Positions 16,811 through 27,144 of a stretch of 64,000 nt of DNA are shown one piece after another. The stretch lies in assembly GCA_035283405.1 (NCBI GenBank), contig DATEUA010000141.1, positions 8,984 to 72,983 of the forward strand, written 5' to 3'. A model generated the notes under the pieces. The model did not search any database. It worked only from the letters and a program-made list of their open reading frames with translations, and was not told the origin of the DNA. This DNA comes from Thermoplasmata archaeon (lineage in GTDB: Archaea > Thermoplasmatota > Thermoplasmata > RBG-16-68-12). Position 1 is the stretch's first letter, and each line of letters opens with the position of its first letter. Position numbers and translations under genes: made by a program.

Positions 16811-19800
16811 GTGGATGAGGGTCGTTCTTGGCTTCGTACCCATTGGCGGACAGCCCTCGCCCTTGCCTTGGTCTTCGGGATCGCCCTCTTCCTGCGCTTC
16901 TACTTCGTCTACGGCCTCGCCTTCACGAACCTGCAACAGACGTGCGCGGGCGGCTCGGGGCTCCCCGTGTCGGGCGGGTCCGACTCCTTCTACTGGCATC
17001 GCGCCCTCTGCTACTCGTTCGAGACAGGGAAAGACAAAACCTTCGATCCGATGCTGAATTACGGGCCGGGGCTCTTCAATCCGCGCCCGCCCCTCTTCCC
17101 GTGGTTCTCCCTCCTCGTGGGCCAGCTCCTCGCGCCGCTGTTCGCCAGCCCGTGGCAGGCGGTCCTGTTCACGTTCCTCGCCTCGACGGGCCTGTTCGGC
17201 GCCCTGACCGTCTTCCCGACGTACGCCCTCACGAAGGAGGCGTTCGGCCGGAGGGCGGGTCTCGTCGCCGCATTCCTGTTCGCCGTGAGTTCGGCGCACA
17301 TGCAACGGAGCCAGGCGACGGATGCGGACCACGACGCCCTGACCCTGTTCTTCGTCGTCTCGACGTTCTACTTCTTCCTCCGGGGCCTGCGGACGATGAA
17401 GCCCCGCCGGTGGGTCGAGACCTGGTTCCGCCGGGAGGCGATCCTCGCCGGGACGAAGGCGTTCTTCCGGGAGAACCGGCCGTCCGTCCTGTACGCTCTC
17501 CTCGCGGGCTTGTGCATCGCGGTGATCGCTCTGTCCTGGCAGGGGTGGGCCTACGTCCCCGTGATCCTGCTCGTGTACTTCGTCGTCCAGCTGTTCCTCG
17601 ACCGGGTGAGGAGCCAGGACACGATGGGCGTCACGATCCTCTTCACGATCTCCCTCCTCGTCCCCCTCGTCGTCGCGTTCCCGTGGTACGCGAGCCGCTT
17701 CCAGATCCGCGTGTGGTACGACGTGCCCGCGTACCTGTTCCTCGTCGCTGCGGTCCTCGGCATCGTGTTCACGGTCACGCGGGACTACCCGTGGACCCTC
17801 GTGATCCCCGCGACCTTCGCCGGCGGCGGAGTGACGCTCGGGCTCCTCGTCCTCGTGAACCCCGCCCTCGCGAGCGCGTTCGTGAGCGGCGCGGGGTACT
17901 TCGTCCAGACGAAGGTATACGAGACGATCGCGGAGGCCCAAGCCCCCGGGCTTTCACAGCTCATCCTCAGCTTCGGGTTCTTCACCTTCTACTTCAGCAT
18001 CGCGGGCGTCGCGTACATGCTCTGGCTCATCCCCCGCCGGCACGAGGCCTCCTACACGCTGATCGTCGTGTGGACCTTCGCCGCGATCTTCATGGCGATG
18101 GCCGCCGCGCGATTCATCTTCAACGCGTCCCCCGCGTTCGCGGTCGCCGCCGCATTCGCGGTCGACCTGGTCCTGACCCGGGCCGACTTCACGGGGATGC
18201 GCCGCACCTATCGCTCCCTGGCGCAGGGGAGCTGGCGGAACGCGCTTCGGAAGAGCCTCAAGCTGCGTCACGTCCTGACGGGCCTCGTCCTCGTCGGGGT
18301 GGTCCTCCTCCCGAACGTGTACTGGGGGATCGACTCGGGGATCCCTTTCGAGCTCAAGTCCCAGTATGACCGCCAGCTGAACGAGGTTCTGCCTTCGTTC
18401 CTCCGGGCCCCCGGCTATACGGACGGCCGGAGTTTCTACTTCGGGGCCTTCGGGTACTCGATCCCTCAGCCGACGGAGTACTTCCCCGCGGCGTGGTCCT
18501 GGTTCCGGGCCCAGGACGCGGACCGGCCGCCCGAACAACGGCCGGCTTTCCTGTCGTGGTGGGACTACGGCTTCGAGGCCGTCGACCGGGGCCGGCACCC
18601 GACCGTCGCGGACAACTTCCAGAACGGGTTCAACTTCGCGGGTCAGTTCATCACGGCCCAGGACGAGGCCCAGGCGGTGGCCCTCCTCGCGATCCGGTCC
18701 CTCGAGGGCGACTTCCGGCGGAACCGCGGGGTGTTCAGCGGGGCGACGGAGCGCGTGCTCGAGTCGTTCGCGATGCCGAAGGACGACTTCGCCCGCGGGA
18801 TCGCCCGCCCGCAGGACCTGATCCCTCTCGTCCGGGCGAATCCGGAGACGTACGGACGATGGGACGCGGAAATGCAGCCCTTCAACGCCATGTACATCTT
18901 CCTCGCGAATCAGATCACGGTCCGGCTGGACGCCGCGCGGATCGCGGACTTCTACCACGCGGTGCGGACCGCGACGGGGATCGACATCGGCTACTTCGCG
19001 GTCGACTCGAGGCTCTTCCCCATCAGTGCGTCGAACACGGGGATCTTCTATGCGCCCGTGAAGCTGGCGGACCACCGCGTCGTCGAGCTGCCGGACGGCC
19101 GGACCCTCCCGACGGAGTTCTTCAAGATCTTCGTCGACACGGACCGAGGCACCCACATCGCCCTCGAGGACCTCCAGCCGGGGGACCGGGTGTCGAGCCA
19201 GTCGATCGAATACCAGCCCATGTTCTACGACTCCATGTTCTACCGGGCGTACGTCGGGTACGAGCCGTCGGAGGTCGGGGTCCCGAACGACAAGGGGATC
19301 CCGGGCTTCACCCAGACGATGGTCAACTTCCCGCCCCACCCCGCGTGGAACCTCTCCCACTTCCGCGTCGTGTACCGGACCGCGTACTACAATCCGTTCC
19401 CGGACCCGGGGAACCACACGGACGCGTGGCGAGCGATCAACTTCGACGAGGGCGGGCGGTTCCAGGAAGAGATCGGCGCAGGGACCCGGACGGGCGTCGT
19501 GGACCTGAGCACCCAGGCCACGACGACCAACGGGATCGTGTTCCTCCGCTACTACGACGGCGCCTGGGTCAACGGCACGGTCCTCGCAGGGGGCGCCACG
19601 CCGGTGTCCGGCGTGCGCGTGACCGTGACCGACGAGCTGGGGACCCCGCACGACACCGCGACGTCGGACGCCTCAGGCCGATACAGCGTCCTGGTTCCCT
19701 TCGGCAACGTCACCCTGTCGGCCTCCGTCGGCCAGGTCGCGCCCGGGAGCCTCGTAGGGAGCCGCCTCCTCGGGTCGACGACGTTCCCCGTGAGCCTCGC

Positions 19801-22800
19801 GCAGGCCTTGCGAGAGAACGTGGACGAGGACGGGGACGGGATGCCCGACTGGATCATGGCCCGGGACCTCTCCATACCCGGAAGCACGGTCTCCGGGCGC
19901 GCGTTCTTCGACCTGAGCGGGGACGGGGCCTTCGGCGCCCTCGATGAAGCGGTCCCTGGCGCGGCTCTCACCTTCACCCACCAAGACCTGTCCTTCACGC
20001 ACACCGCGACCGCGGACTCGGAAGGGTCCTTCGGCCTCCCGACGATCCCGACCGGCGCGTACCTCGTGGAGGTGCGGGCGGACGGACACTCCGTCCCAGC
20101 ACAGGACATCGACCTCGCCTCGTCCGACACCCGAAAGGACGTCGCGATCCCGTTCGCCAGCCTCGACGGAATCGCCTCGGGCGCCGCCGGGGGCGTCCCG
20201 GCCGACATCGAAGTCGTGGACGAGACCACGGGCATCGTGGTCCGCGCGGCCGCTGCGGACGACGGCGCGTTCGAGATCCGGCCCCTCCTCGCCGGGAACT
20301 ACACGATCACGGCATCCTCCGGGGACCTCGCCTCGAACCCCGAGCGGGTCCGCGTGACGCAAGGCGTGCAGCCGCTCAACTTGACCCTCGTGGTATCAGG
20401 CCGGGTCGCCGGCACGACGCGCCTCTTCGGGGTCGACGTCCCGTTCGCGTCCGTCGAGTTCCAGAAGGCCTCGGAGGTCCGCCTCGTGCGGACGGTTCGG
20501 TCCGATGCGTCCGCCTCCTTCGACGTCGTCCTGCCGGCAGGCGAATGGAACGTGGCCGGACGGCTCTACCAGGGCACCGCCCTGTACGCGACCCTGGGAC
20601 GGGTGAGCGTCCGGCCCGGCGAGACGACGCCCTACGTGGCGCGGTTCGTGGACGGCGCGAGACTCGAGGGCGACGTGAACGGCACCGCGACGGACAGCGT
20701 GGACGTTCTGGGGCAGGTCGCTTTCCTCGGCGCCTCCGGGGACTGGTGGATCCGCACGGGTGTGCGAGGAGGATACCTCGCCTTCCTCCCGCGGGGGACG
20801 TACGCGTTCCAGGCCTTCACGGCGAACTCCGGGCTCCAGGGGAACGTGACCCTCGTCACGTCCCACCGACTCGACCTCCAGCTCGTCGCGGGGACGTCCG
20901 CGACGGCTCGCGCGTTCCGGGACCTGGACGCGGACGGGGACTTCGACGCAGGGGAGGGGGTCGCGGGAGCCGAGGTCCGCCTCACGGACGACGCGGCCCA
21001 CCGCGTCCTTGCGGTCTCCGACGACACCGGGGTGTTCCAGCTCTTCGGGTTCGCGAACCGTACCTACTCCGGATTCATCACGGCTCCGGGTTTCAACGGG
21101 ACGGCGGTCGGGCCTGCGACCCTCGCAGAGATCCGGTCCACGGCCCGCTTCGAGCTCTTCCCGCGGCGGGTCCAGGTCCACGGAGCCCTCGTCCTCGATG
21201 GCGTCCCGCTCCTGCGGAGCCTCACGATCCAAGCGATGGCCGCCGGGGACGGAGCCCGGACGACGACGGATGAGACGGATTCGAACGGCGGGTTCCTCCT
21301 CGATCTTCTCCCGGGCCGGTACGAGCTGATCGTCGACACGAACGTGTCCGACTCCCGGGATGTCCGGTTCCAGAACCGCGGGATCGACACGCTGACCGTC
21401 CCGGTCGGGAGCGACCGTCTGCTTCGGGACATCGACGTCGTCGTCCGAGTGCGCGTGACGGGGAACGCGACCCGGTCCGGCTCCGCGGTCGCGTCGACGG
21501 TCATCTTCGAGGGTCCCGACGTGCGGACCGTCGCCTCGGGGACGGGAGGGTACGAGGTGTACCTCCAGGCGGGGGACTACTCCGTCCGCGCGGTGCACTC
21601 GGCCCCGCCGAGCGAATTCGGATTCATGGACGATACGACGATCTCGGGCCCTGTCCGGCTCGGCCTCCCCCTCACGCAGGCTGCGAAAGTGTCCGGCCTG
21701 ACCCTGTTCCAGAACGTCGCGGTCCAAGCCTCCATGCCGATCGCCTTGGCCCGATCGGAGGGCGGGTTCCTCGAAGTGGAGAGCACGTCGACCGGCAGCT
21801 ACAGCACGGTCCTCGTCCCTGGGAACTACTCGGTCCGCCTGGAGGCGGAGCGGACGATCCAGGAGGCTGCCCTGACCCGCTTCTACCGGTTCTCGTTCGT
21901 GGGGACCCTCGTCGTCGCACCCGGCGCCTCCGCGATCACGTTCCATCTGGACCTGGCGCGGACCCTCGACAACACGACCGTCGCGGGCCGGACAAGCCGC
22001 TCCGGGATCGGTGTCGACGCGACCCTCGAATTCGTCGCCCGCAGCTCCGGGTCCCTCGGCGCCGCGGGAACGAGTGCCTCGGACGGGTCCTACGCGATCG
22101 GCCTGGCGCCGGGCACGTACGACGTGTACGCCTTCCGGGCGGTGGGGAGCTCCGCGTTCCTTGCGAGCCTGACCGTGCCCCATGCGGACACGATGCCGTT
22201 CGACGTTTCGTTGAAGTCCGGGTTCCTGCTGGGAGGTGTCGTGACGGACGTCGCGGGGGCTCGCACGACGGCGAGCGTGACGGTGGTGGGGGACGCCCGA
22301 TTGGACCGCGCGACAGACGCGCTCGGGGCGTACCAGGTGTTTCTCCCCGAGGGCGCGTATACGGTCACGGCCACGCGGTCCGGGACGGAGCGCGGGATCG
22401 CGGTGGAGTACCGGGCGACGGCGTCCATGGACCTCGCGGCGGACACGGTGCTCAACCTGCGCCTCGCGAAAGTGGAGCGGCGCTCCGTCACCCTGTCGTG
22501 GGACCCGGTCCAGCGAGAATCCGTCTCCCCCGGCGGCACGATCGTCTACTCTGTCACCGTTCGGAACACGGGGAACGTGCGGGACACATACACCCTCTCC
22601 GGCCGTCCGACGGATTGGACGTTCGACTTCGCCCCCGGGTCCACGTCCCTCGATTTCGGGACGACGGGGAGCACGACGTCCGTCGTCGTGACGATCCGCG
22701 TGCCCTCGGATGCCCCCGTGGTCCACGGGCCCGTCACCGTCGTCGCGAGCTCCTCGGACGGATCGACGTCCGGGACCGTGAACGTAGAGGTCGACATCCG

Positions 22801-23305
22801 CCGGGTCTTCGGCCTGACGATGAAAGTCCTCGGGACCGCAGGGACCTTTGACGGGCAGACCCTCGAGTACACCGTGGAGCTCAGGAACACGGGCAACGCG
22901 CAGGACAGCGTGACCGTGTACGTGGCGAACCCGGATGACCTGAGTTCCTCCGGGTGGACGGCCCTCCTCGGCCGCGAGGGCGGCCTCTCGCCCTCGACCG
23001 GGCGCCTGGAACATCTCCCCGTGAACGCGAACTCGACGGCCCGCCTGCGCCTGCAGCTCCAGTCCCCGAAGGGCGCGAGCGGTGCGACGGTCGTCCTCCA
23101 GGCCGTCTCGGACGACGCGCCGTCCGTCACCGCGTCCGCGGTCCACGTCGCCACGCTCCCCAGCCTTTCCGTACCGGGCGGAATCCAGGCGACGGGCCCG
23201 AACGTCGTCCGCGCGCCGGGCACGAACTGGACCCTCGTCAGTGTCGCGGTCGCGGCAGGCGCCGCGGTCGCGGCGGTCCTCTTCCTGACGCGCCGGAGGC
23301 GGTAA
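16811..23305 (+). CDS. aglB: Oligosaccharyltransferase AglB/STT3 (N-terminal about 900 aa) fused to a very long C-terminal extracellular repeat region
   Basis: A polytopic N-terminal TM domain is followed by the STT3 signature WWDYG (FLSWWDYGFEAVD). Downstream are repeated beta-sandwich modules of about 90 aa (GxVxxxxGxPVxGVRVTVTDxxGxxxDTATSDASGRYSV, CarboxypepD_reg-like), a Ca-binding-like DEDGDGMPD, two CARDB/DUF11-like modules (VTVRNTGNVRDTYTLS and ELRNTGNAQDSVTV) and a C-terminal TM plus RRRR anchor. At 2164 aa it is about twice the usual AglB length. Confidence 0.75.
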   Translation: MDEGRSWLRTHWRTALALALVFGIALFLRFYFVYGLAFTNLQQTCAGGSGLPVSGGSDSFYWHRALCYSFETGKDKTFDPMLNYGPGLFNPRPPLFPWFSLLVGQLLAPLFASPWQAVLFTFLASTGLFGALTVFPTYALTKEAFGRRAGLVAAFLFAVSSAHMQRSQATDADHDALTLFFVVSTFYFFLRGLRTMKPRRWVETWFRREAILAGTKAFFRENRPSVLYALLAGLCIAVIALSWQGWAYVPVILLVYFVVQLFLDRVRSQDTMGVTILFTISLLVPLVVAFPWYASRFQIRVWYDVPAYLFLVAAVLGIVFTVTRDYPWTLVIPATFAGGGVTLGLLVLVNPALASAFVSGAGYFVQTKVYETIAEAQAPGLSQLILSFGFFTFYFSIAGVAYMLWLIPRRHEASYTLIVVWTFAAIFMAMAAARFIFNASPAFAVAAAFAVDLVLTRADFTGMRRTYRSLAQGSWRNALRKSLKLRHVLTGLVLVGVVLLPNVYWGIDSGIPFELKSQYDRQLNEVLPSFLRAPGYTDGRSFYFGAFGYSIPQPTEYFPAAWSWFRAQDADRPPEQRPAFLSWWDYGFEAVDRGRHPTVADNFQNGFNFAGQFITAQDEAQAVALLAIRSLEGDFRRNRGVFSGATERVLESFAMPKDDFARGIARPQDLIPLVRANPETYGRWDAEMQPFNAMYIFLANQITVRLDAARIADFYHAVRTATGIDIGYFAVDSRLFPISASNTGIFYAPVKLADHRVVELPDGRTLPTEFFKIFVDTDRGTHIALEDLQPGDRVSSQSIEYQPMFYDSMFYRAYVGYEPSEVGVPNDKGIPGFTQTMVNFPPHPAWNLSHFRVVYRTAYYNPFPDPGNHTDAWRAINFDEGGRFQEEIGAGTRTGVVDLSTQATTTNGIVFLRYYDGAWVNGTVLAGGATPVSGVRVTVTDELGTPHDTATSDASGRYSVLVPFGNVTLSASVGQVAPGSLVGSRLLGSTTFPVSLAQALRENVDEDGDGMPDWIMARDLSIPGSTVSGRAFFDLSGDGAFGALDEAVPGAALTFTHQDLSFTHTATADSEGSFGLPTIPTGAYLVEVRADGHSVPAQDIDLASSDTRKDVAIPFASLDGIASGAAGGVPADIEVVDETTGIVVRAAAADDGAFEIRPLLAGNYTITASSGDLASNPERVRVTQGVQPLNLTLVVSGRVAGTTRLFGVDVPFASVEFQKASEVRLVRTVRSDASASFDVVLPAGEWNVAGRLYQGTALYATLGRVSVRPGETTPYVARFVDGARLEGDVNGTATDSVDVLGQVAFLGASGDWWIRTGVRGGYLAFLPRGTYAFQAFTANSGLQGNVTLVTSHRLDLQLVAGTSATARAFRDLDADGDFDAGEGVAGAEVRLTDDAAHRVLAVSDDTGVFQLFGFANRTYSGFITAPGFNGTAVGPATLAEIRSTARFELFPRRVQVHGALVLDGVPLLRSLTIQAMAAGDGARTTTDETDSNGGFLLDLLPGRYELIVDTNVSDSRDVRFQNRGIDTLTVPVGSDRLLRDIDVVVRVRVTGNATRSGSAVASTVIFEGPDVRTVASGTGGYEVYLQAGDYSVRAVHSAPPSEFGFMDDTTISGPVRLGLPLTQAAKVSGLTLFQNVAVQASMPIALARSEGGFLEVESTSTGSYSTVLVPGNYSVRLEAERTIQEAALTRFYRFSFVGTLVVAPGASAITFHLDLARTLDNTTVAGRTSRSGIGVDATLEFVARSSGSLGAAGTSASDGSYAIGLAPGTYDVYAFRAVGSSAFLASLTVPHADTMPFDVSLKSGFLLGGVVTDVAGARTTASVTVVGDARLDRATDALGAYQVFLPEGAYTVTATRSGTERGIAVEYRATASMDLAADTVLNLRLAKVERRSVTLSWDPVQRESVSPGGTIVYSVTVRNTGNVRDTYTLSGRPTDWTFDFAPGSTSLDFGTTGSTTSVVVTIRVPSDAPVVHGPVTVVASSSDGSTSGTVNVEVDIRRVFGLTMKVLGTAGTFDGQTLEYTVELRNTGNAQDSVTVYVANPDDLSSSGWTALLGREGGLSPSTGRLEHLPVNANSTARLRLQLQSPKGASGATVVLQAVSDDAPSVTASAVHVATLPSLSVPGGIQATGPNVVRAPGTNWTLVSVAVAAGAAVAAVLFLTRRRR

Positions 23306-23306
23306 G

Positions 23307-24074
23307 ATGCGTTCGGTGCTCTTCGCCCTAGCGGTCCTCGTCGCGCTCGCGGCGTTCGTCCCGGTCTCAGGGCGCGTCGACGGCCAGTCCGTCTTCGGGA
23401 GCATCGCGGGCCCGACGGCTCTCGCACCCCGGCAAAGCGCGACGTACAATGTGACGATCATCGGCGGACCGGAGACTCCACCGGTGAACTACAGCCTCGA
23501 CTTCTACCTCGACGGCGCGGACCTCACGGGCGGTTCCCCGACGAAAGCGGCTCCCCAGACGACGTCCGGGAGCCAGACGACGATCCGCATCGACGTGACC
23601 GCGCCGGAGGGGGACCAGGTCGTCATCCTGGTCGTCCGGATCTCCGCGCAATCCGGGGACGTCGTCGTGAAGGGGACCGCGGACCTGTCCATCCAGGTCC
23701 TCACCCCGATCATCCTCCGCGCGACGTTCCGCAATGACGCCTCGACCTCCGCGCTCAACGTGACGGTACGATTCTACGTGGACGACGAGCTCGTCGGGAC
23801 GCGCTCCATCGCGCGCCTCAACGGGTCGGCCTCGCAGACCGTGAACATGAACTACCTGCCGGTAGGGATCGCCGCGGGCGCCCATTCCGTCCGCGTTGAG
23901 GCGGACTTGGATCGAGATGGAGTCATCGACGGGGCTCGGGGGGAGATCGTCCTGTCGGACTTCTTCATCCAGGAGTCTGCATCCCTCAGCGAGGGCTGGA
24001 ACCTGATCATCGGGATCGCGGTGTTCCTGATCGTCTTCGTGATCGCCGCCGCGGCGCGGCGACGACGGACCTGA
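23307..24074 (+). CDS. Secreted protein (signal peptide, C-terminal TM anchor), probably co-transcribed with aglB
   Basis: Its start is 2 nt after the aglB stop. It has MRSVLFALAVLVALAAFVP, NxT/S sequons, CARDB-like beta-rich repeats and a C-terminal LIIGIAVFLIVFVIAAAARRRR. Confidence 0.5.
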   Translation: MRSVLFALAVLVALAAFVPVSGRVDGQSVFGSIAGPTALAPRQSATYNVTIIGGPETPPVNYSLDFYLDGADLTGGSPTKAAPQTTSGSQTTIRIDVTAPEGDQVVILVVRISAQSGDVVVKGTADLSIQVLTPIILRATFRNDASTSALNVTVRFYVDDELVGTRSIARLNGSASQTVNMNYLPVGIAAGAHSVRVEADLDRDGVIDGARGEIVLSDFFIQESASLSEGWNLIIGIAVFLIVFVIAAAARRRRT

Positions 24075-24075
24075 G

Positions 24076-24738
24076 TCACGCAGGCTCGAGGAGCCAGACG
24101 TCCGCGTGGTTCCGCAGGAGCATCCCGAGACGCGTCCTCGAGATCCCCGCGCGCTTCAGGAGCGGGTTGAGCCGGTCGTTCGGCGGGACGGCCTTCTCCC
24201 CGTCGACCCAGACGGACGCGAGGGGCTCGTAGCGGACCGGCTTTCCTCCGACGCGGATCCGCGCGGCGGCGGACTCGCGGAACGTGTGGAGCACGATGTG
24301 CAACGAGGTGACCGCGATAGGTCGGACCTTCGCATTGTAGTACTCCGCCGCTTCGCGGTGGACGGGGGCGAACGCACCGACACGCTTCGCGTATTCCCGC
24401 CAGCCGCGCTCGAAGGGAGAGCGGGGGCTCGCCATGCACCGGTCCGTCACGGGGCGGACTTCCTCGAACGTCGCGAGAATCGACTGCCCGTCCCGGAGGG
24501 CTGCGAGGAATTCGGGCCAGTCCGCATACTCCTCCTCGGGCATGGCCGAGGCGAGGTGCTTCGCCAGGCCCACGAGGTAGTTGTTCAGGCCTGCGACGCC
24601 GACCTTCGCGGCGAGATCCTCGAGGAACAGGTGGGTCGCGATCTCCACGAACGGATTGCTCTCCGGGAGCCGGACCTCCGTCGAGGTCATAGGTCCCCCT
24701 TCAGGTGGGCTCCCCGCATGACGAGGCCGTACACGCAC
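24076..24738 (-). CDS. Uncharacterised protein, paralog A of a pair, last gene of the GTPase operon
   Basis: It aligns block by block with the upstream gene (EYYNAKVRPIAVTSLHIV / EYNENVHDIAVCNFCVF and LLRNHADVWLL / LLRNYECVYGL). No family assigned. Confidence 0.4.
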   Translation of the reverse strand: MRVRPRHAGSPPEGGPMTSTEVRLPESNPFVEIATHLFLEDLAAKVGVAGLNNYLVGLAKHLASAMPEEEYADWPEFLAALRDGQSILATFEEVRPVTDRCMASPRSPFERGWREYAKRVGAFAPVHREAAEYYNAKVRPIAVTSLHIVLHTFRESAAARIRVGGKPVRYEPLASVWVDGEKAVPPNDRLNPLLKRAGISRTRLGMLLRNHADVWLLEPA

Positions 24739-25307
24739 TCGTAGTTCCGCAGGAGCGCCCGGACATGTTGCTCGCTGATGTTGATCTTCTCGAGATTCTT
24801 AGACGAGATCTTCGTCTCGCCCCGCCATCCTTTCGTCGCAAGGAGATAGCACTGGAGCGGGTTCCCAGAGACGAAGATGTTCTTCGCGATCTCCTCCCGA
24901 AAGCGTTCGTGGAAGACGCAGAAGTTGCACACCGCGATGTCGTGGACGTTTTCATTGTACTCCGAGGCCACGGCGACGTCCGCGGGGCTCATCTGGCCGA
25001 CGCTGAACCGGGTCCTCAGGATCGTTGGGACGTAGCAGCACTGACGCATCGCGTAGAGGTATCCCACGATATCCCTGTCCACGTCCGTGATCGCCATGTC
25101 CGTGAGGGGCATGACCTCGCCTTCGATGCTGAACGCGGTCCGGCCCTCCCGGACGGCCACGTTGAACGAGGTCCATCCGAGGTAGCCCTCCTTGCCCATC
25201 CGGCTCGCGAGGTTGTCTCCGACCCGCTGCCAGAACTCGACGACGCCTTCGGATCCGGCCTTGTCGATCATGTCCTCGATGAGGGACGCGAGGGCGACGT
25301 CGAGCAT
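24687..25307 (-). CDS. Uncharacterised Cys-containing protein, paralog B
   Basis: It has conserved Cys pairs (RQCCYVP and VCNFCVF). GC is lower than the flanks. A V4R/Bet3-like fold is a speculation only. Confidence 0.4.
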   Translation of the reverse strand: MLDVALASLIEDMIDKAGSEGVVEFWQRVGDNLASRMGKEGYLGWTSFNVAVREGRTAFSIEGEVMPLTDMAITDVDRDIVGYLYAMRQCCYVPTILRTRFSVGQMSPADVAVASEYNENVHDIAVCNFCVFHERFREEIAKNIFVSGNPLQCYLLATKGWRGETKISSKNLEKINISEQHVRALLRNYECVYGLVMRGAHLKGDL

Positions 25308-25332
25308 GATCAGGGACCTCGGACCATGGGGA

Positions 25333-26121
25333 TCACACGAAGGACGTCAGGACCTGCTTGAGGTGGGCCTTCCATTCTCGTTCCGCCTTCTCCGCAACCG
25401 TGTCCCCGCGCAGGTCGCGGACCCGATCGAGCACGAACGCAAGGAACCGGTCCCAGTGGTTCGGGGTCATGTACGCGGTCGACGTACCGATCTCGTTGAA
25501 CCCTAAGGTGACGATCTCCTCGAGCTGACCCGGCCCGACGAGCGAGCCGATCCTGCCTCGGAGGAACGCCTCGATCTCCTTGTTCTTTCGATACTCCTTC
25601 GTCTCCTCGAACTTCTCGACGAACAGGATGCGGGTAAGCTTCTTGAGCTCGGCCGCAACCGCCTCGTCGTACTTTCCGAGGATCTCTGGCGTGATAGGCC
25701 TCGATTCGAACAGGTGGCGCACGACGATCGACGTCTTCACGATGTTGCTCAGGATTCCCTGCATCTTGGTGAGCTCGACCCGCTTCGTCGTCAGGAACAC
25801 GAGGAAGGCGCGGTCCCCGACCCCGGAGATGACCATCGTGCCCGCCTCGAACTGCTGGACGGACATCATCATGTTCTGACCGCTCAGCTGGCTGCAGATG
25901 TGGCCCAGGTTCCCCTTGAGGAGGTTCAGGAGCCGATACTGGCCCGGATCGAGGGTCTGCGGGATGGACGACGCGAAGATCCGGCCGTCGACCCCGAGGA
26001 ACAGGGCGATGTCGAGGCCGTTCTCCTCCCGGGAGCGGCGCAACTCCGTGTCGAGGAGGTGCTTCAAGTGGCCGACCGTCGCGGCCCCCATCGTCTTGTC
26101 GACCTGGCCCGCGTAGGGCAT
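25333..26121 (-). CDS. Protein with an N-terminal Roadblock/LC7 (MglB-like) domain and a C-terminal domain of unknown function
   Basis: LDIALFLGVDGRIFASSIPQ...MVISGVGDRAFLVFLT fits the Roadblock alpha-beta-beta pattern. The C-terminal ~150 aa are uncharacterised. Confidence 0.45.
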   Translation of the reverse strand: MPYAGQVDKTMGAATVGHLKHLLDTELRRSREENGLDIALFLGVDGRIFASSIPQTLDPGQYRLLNLLKGNLGHICSQLSGQNMMMSVQQFEAGTMVISGVGDRAFLVFLTTKRVELTKMQGILSNIVKTSIVVRHLFESRPITPEILGKYDEAVAAELKKLTRILFVEKFEETKEYRKNKEIEAFLRGRIGSLVGPGQLEEIVTLGFNEIGTSTAYMTPNHWDRFLAFVLDRVRDLRGDTVAEKAEREWKAHLKQVLTSFV

Positions 26122-27045
26122 CTAGCCGCCCCGTCTCAACCCGAACGAGCGGAAGACGATCTCGAGAGCTTCCTCAGGCGAGTAGTCGTAGTCCCAATGG
26201 GCCCGCATCCGCCGGATCTTCTCGATCACCCGCGCGGGGGCCTTCATCGCCTCCGCCGTCTTGATCGCCTCGTCGAACGTCTTCGCGTACGAACGACCGG
26301 CTTCCTCCGGCACGAGGAAGGGGCTCGCGCGGACGACGATGCCGACGCCCCGGGCGAAGATGTACGGATAGACTCCCTCGCCGTGGTGGACGCCGCGCAT
26401 CTTGAGGATCTTGACCGTCCGGTTGAAGGCCCCTCCGATCGGATAGTACTCGAGGTGGATCGCAACGTCGGAGAGGTAGATAGGGAGGAGGATGTCCTCC
26501 CCGATCGTCTCCCCCGGGCGGGCGTGTTCCTCGACCGTGCACAGGACCACGCCGAGCTGCTTCAACGTGTAGAACAGCTTGCCGATGAGTTCGCGCTGCT
26601 CCAACTTGTCCTGGGTCGCCCAGATCACCGGGGTCATCGGATCGATCACGACCCGGGTGGCGATATTGTAGTCCGCGCGCGCCTTCACGAGCTGAGGCAG
26701 CTGCTCCTCGATCATCTTCTTGAAGTTCTTTCCCTTGAGATGGATGAAGAACAGGGACTTCTCGTAGTGCTTTCGCATGTCGAAGCCCATCAGTTCCGCC
26801 TCGCGCATGATCTGTTCGGGCGGCTCCTCTAGGCTGACGTAGAGGCCCTGCTCCCCCTGCTCGATCCCTTCCATAAGGAACTGGATCGCGAATGTCGACT
26901 TCCCGGTCCCGCTCGACCCGAGAATCACGATCGTGGACTTGGGCCAGTAGCCGCCCTCGATGAGGTCGTCAAGGCCTGGAATCCCGCTCGGGACCCGTTC
27001 CGACTTCGCCGATGGTTCCGGTTCCTGTGTCTCCTGAGCCAGCAT
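26122..27045 (-). CDS. KaiC-like RecA-superfamily ATPase
   Basis: GIPGLDDLIEGGYWPKSTIVILGSSGTGKST is the Walker A region. It also has RVVIDPMTP (Walker B-like) and KILKMRG. Confidence 0.7.
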   Translation of the reverse strand: MLAQETQEPEPSAKSERVPSGIPGLDDLIEGGYWPKSTIVILGSSGTGKSTFAIQFLMEGIEQGEQGLYVSLEEPPEQIMREAELMGFDMRKHYEKSLFFIHLKGKNFKKMIEEQLPQLVKARADYNIATRVVIDPMTPVIWATQDKLEQRELIGKLFYTLKQLGVVLCTVEEHARPGETIGEDILLPIYLSDVAIHLEYYPIGGAFNRTVKILKMRGVHHGEGVYPYIFARGVGIVVRASPFLVPEEAGRSYAKTFDEAIKTAEAMKAPARVIEKIRRMRAHWDYDYSPEEALEIVFRSFGLRRGG

Positions 27046-27144
27046 GGGGTGGGAGCCTCCGCTATCGAGGATTCGGCGAACGATGCCATCCGCCTTTTTA
27101 ATAGGGTTCCGACCTGGAAATCTACCCTGATAACGAGACGCATG

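Noticed and set aside
22954-23331. Possibility that the AglB C-terminal tail is an archaeosortase PGF-CTERM signal
   Set aside because: The tail has PGT rather than PGF before the TM plus RRRR. The match is too weak to call without a profile search.
16778-23461. Very long antisense ORFs (387 aa, 565 aa, 1021 aa) opposite aglB
   Set aside because: They have a low-complexity RGD/RE-rich composition. aglB on the plus strand has the STT3 signature and repeat domains. These are high-GC artefacts.
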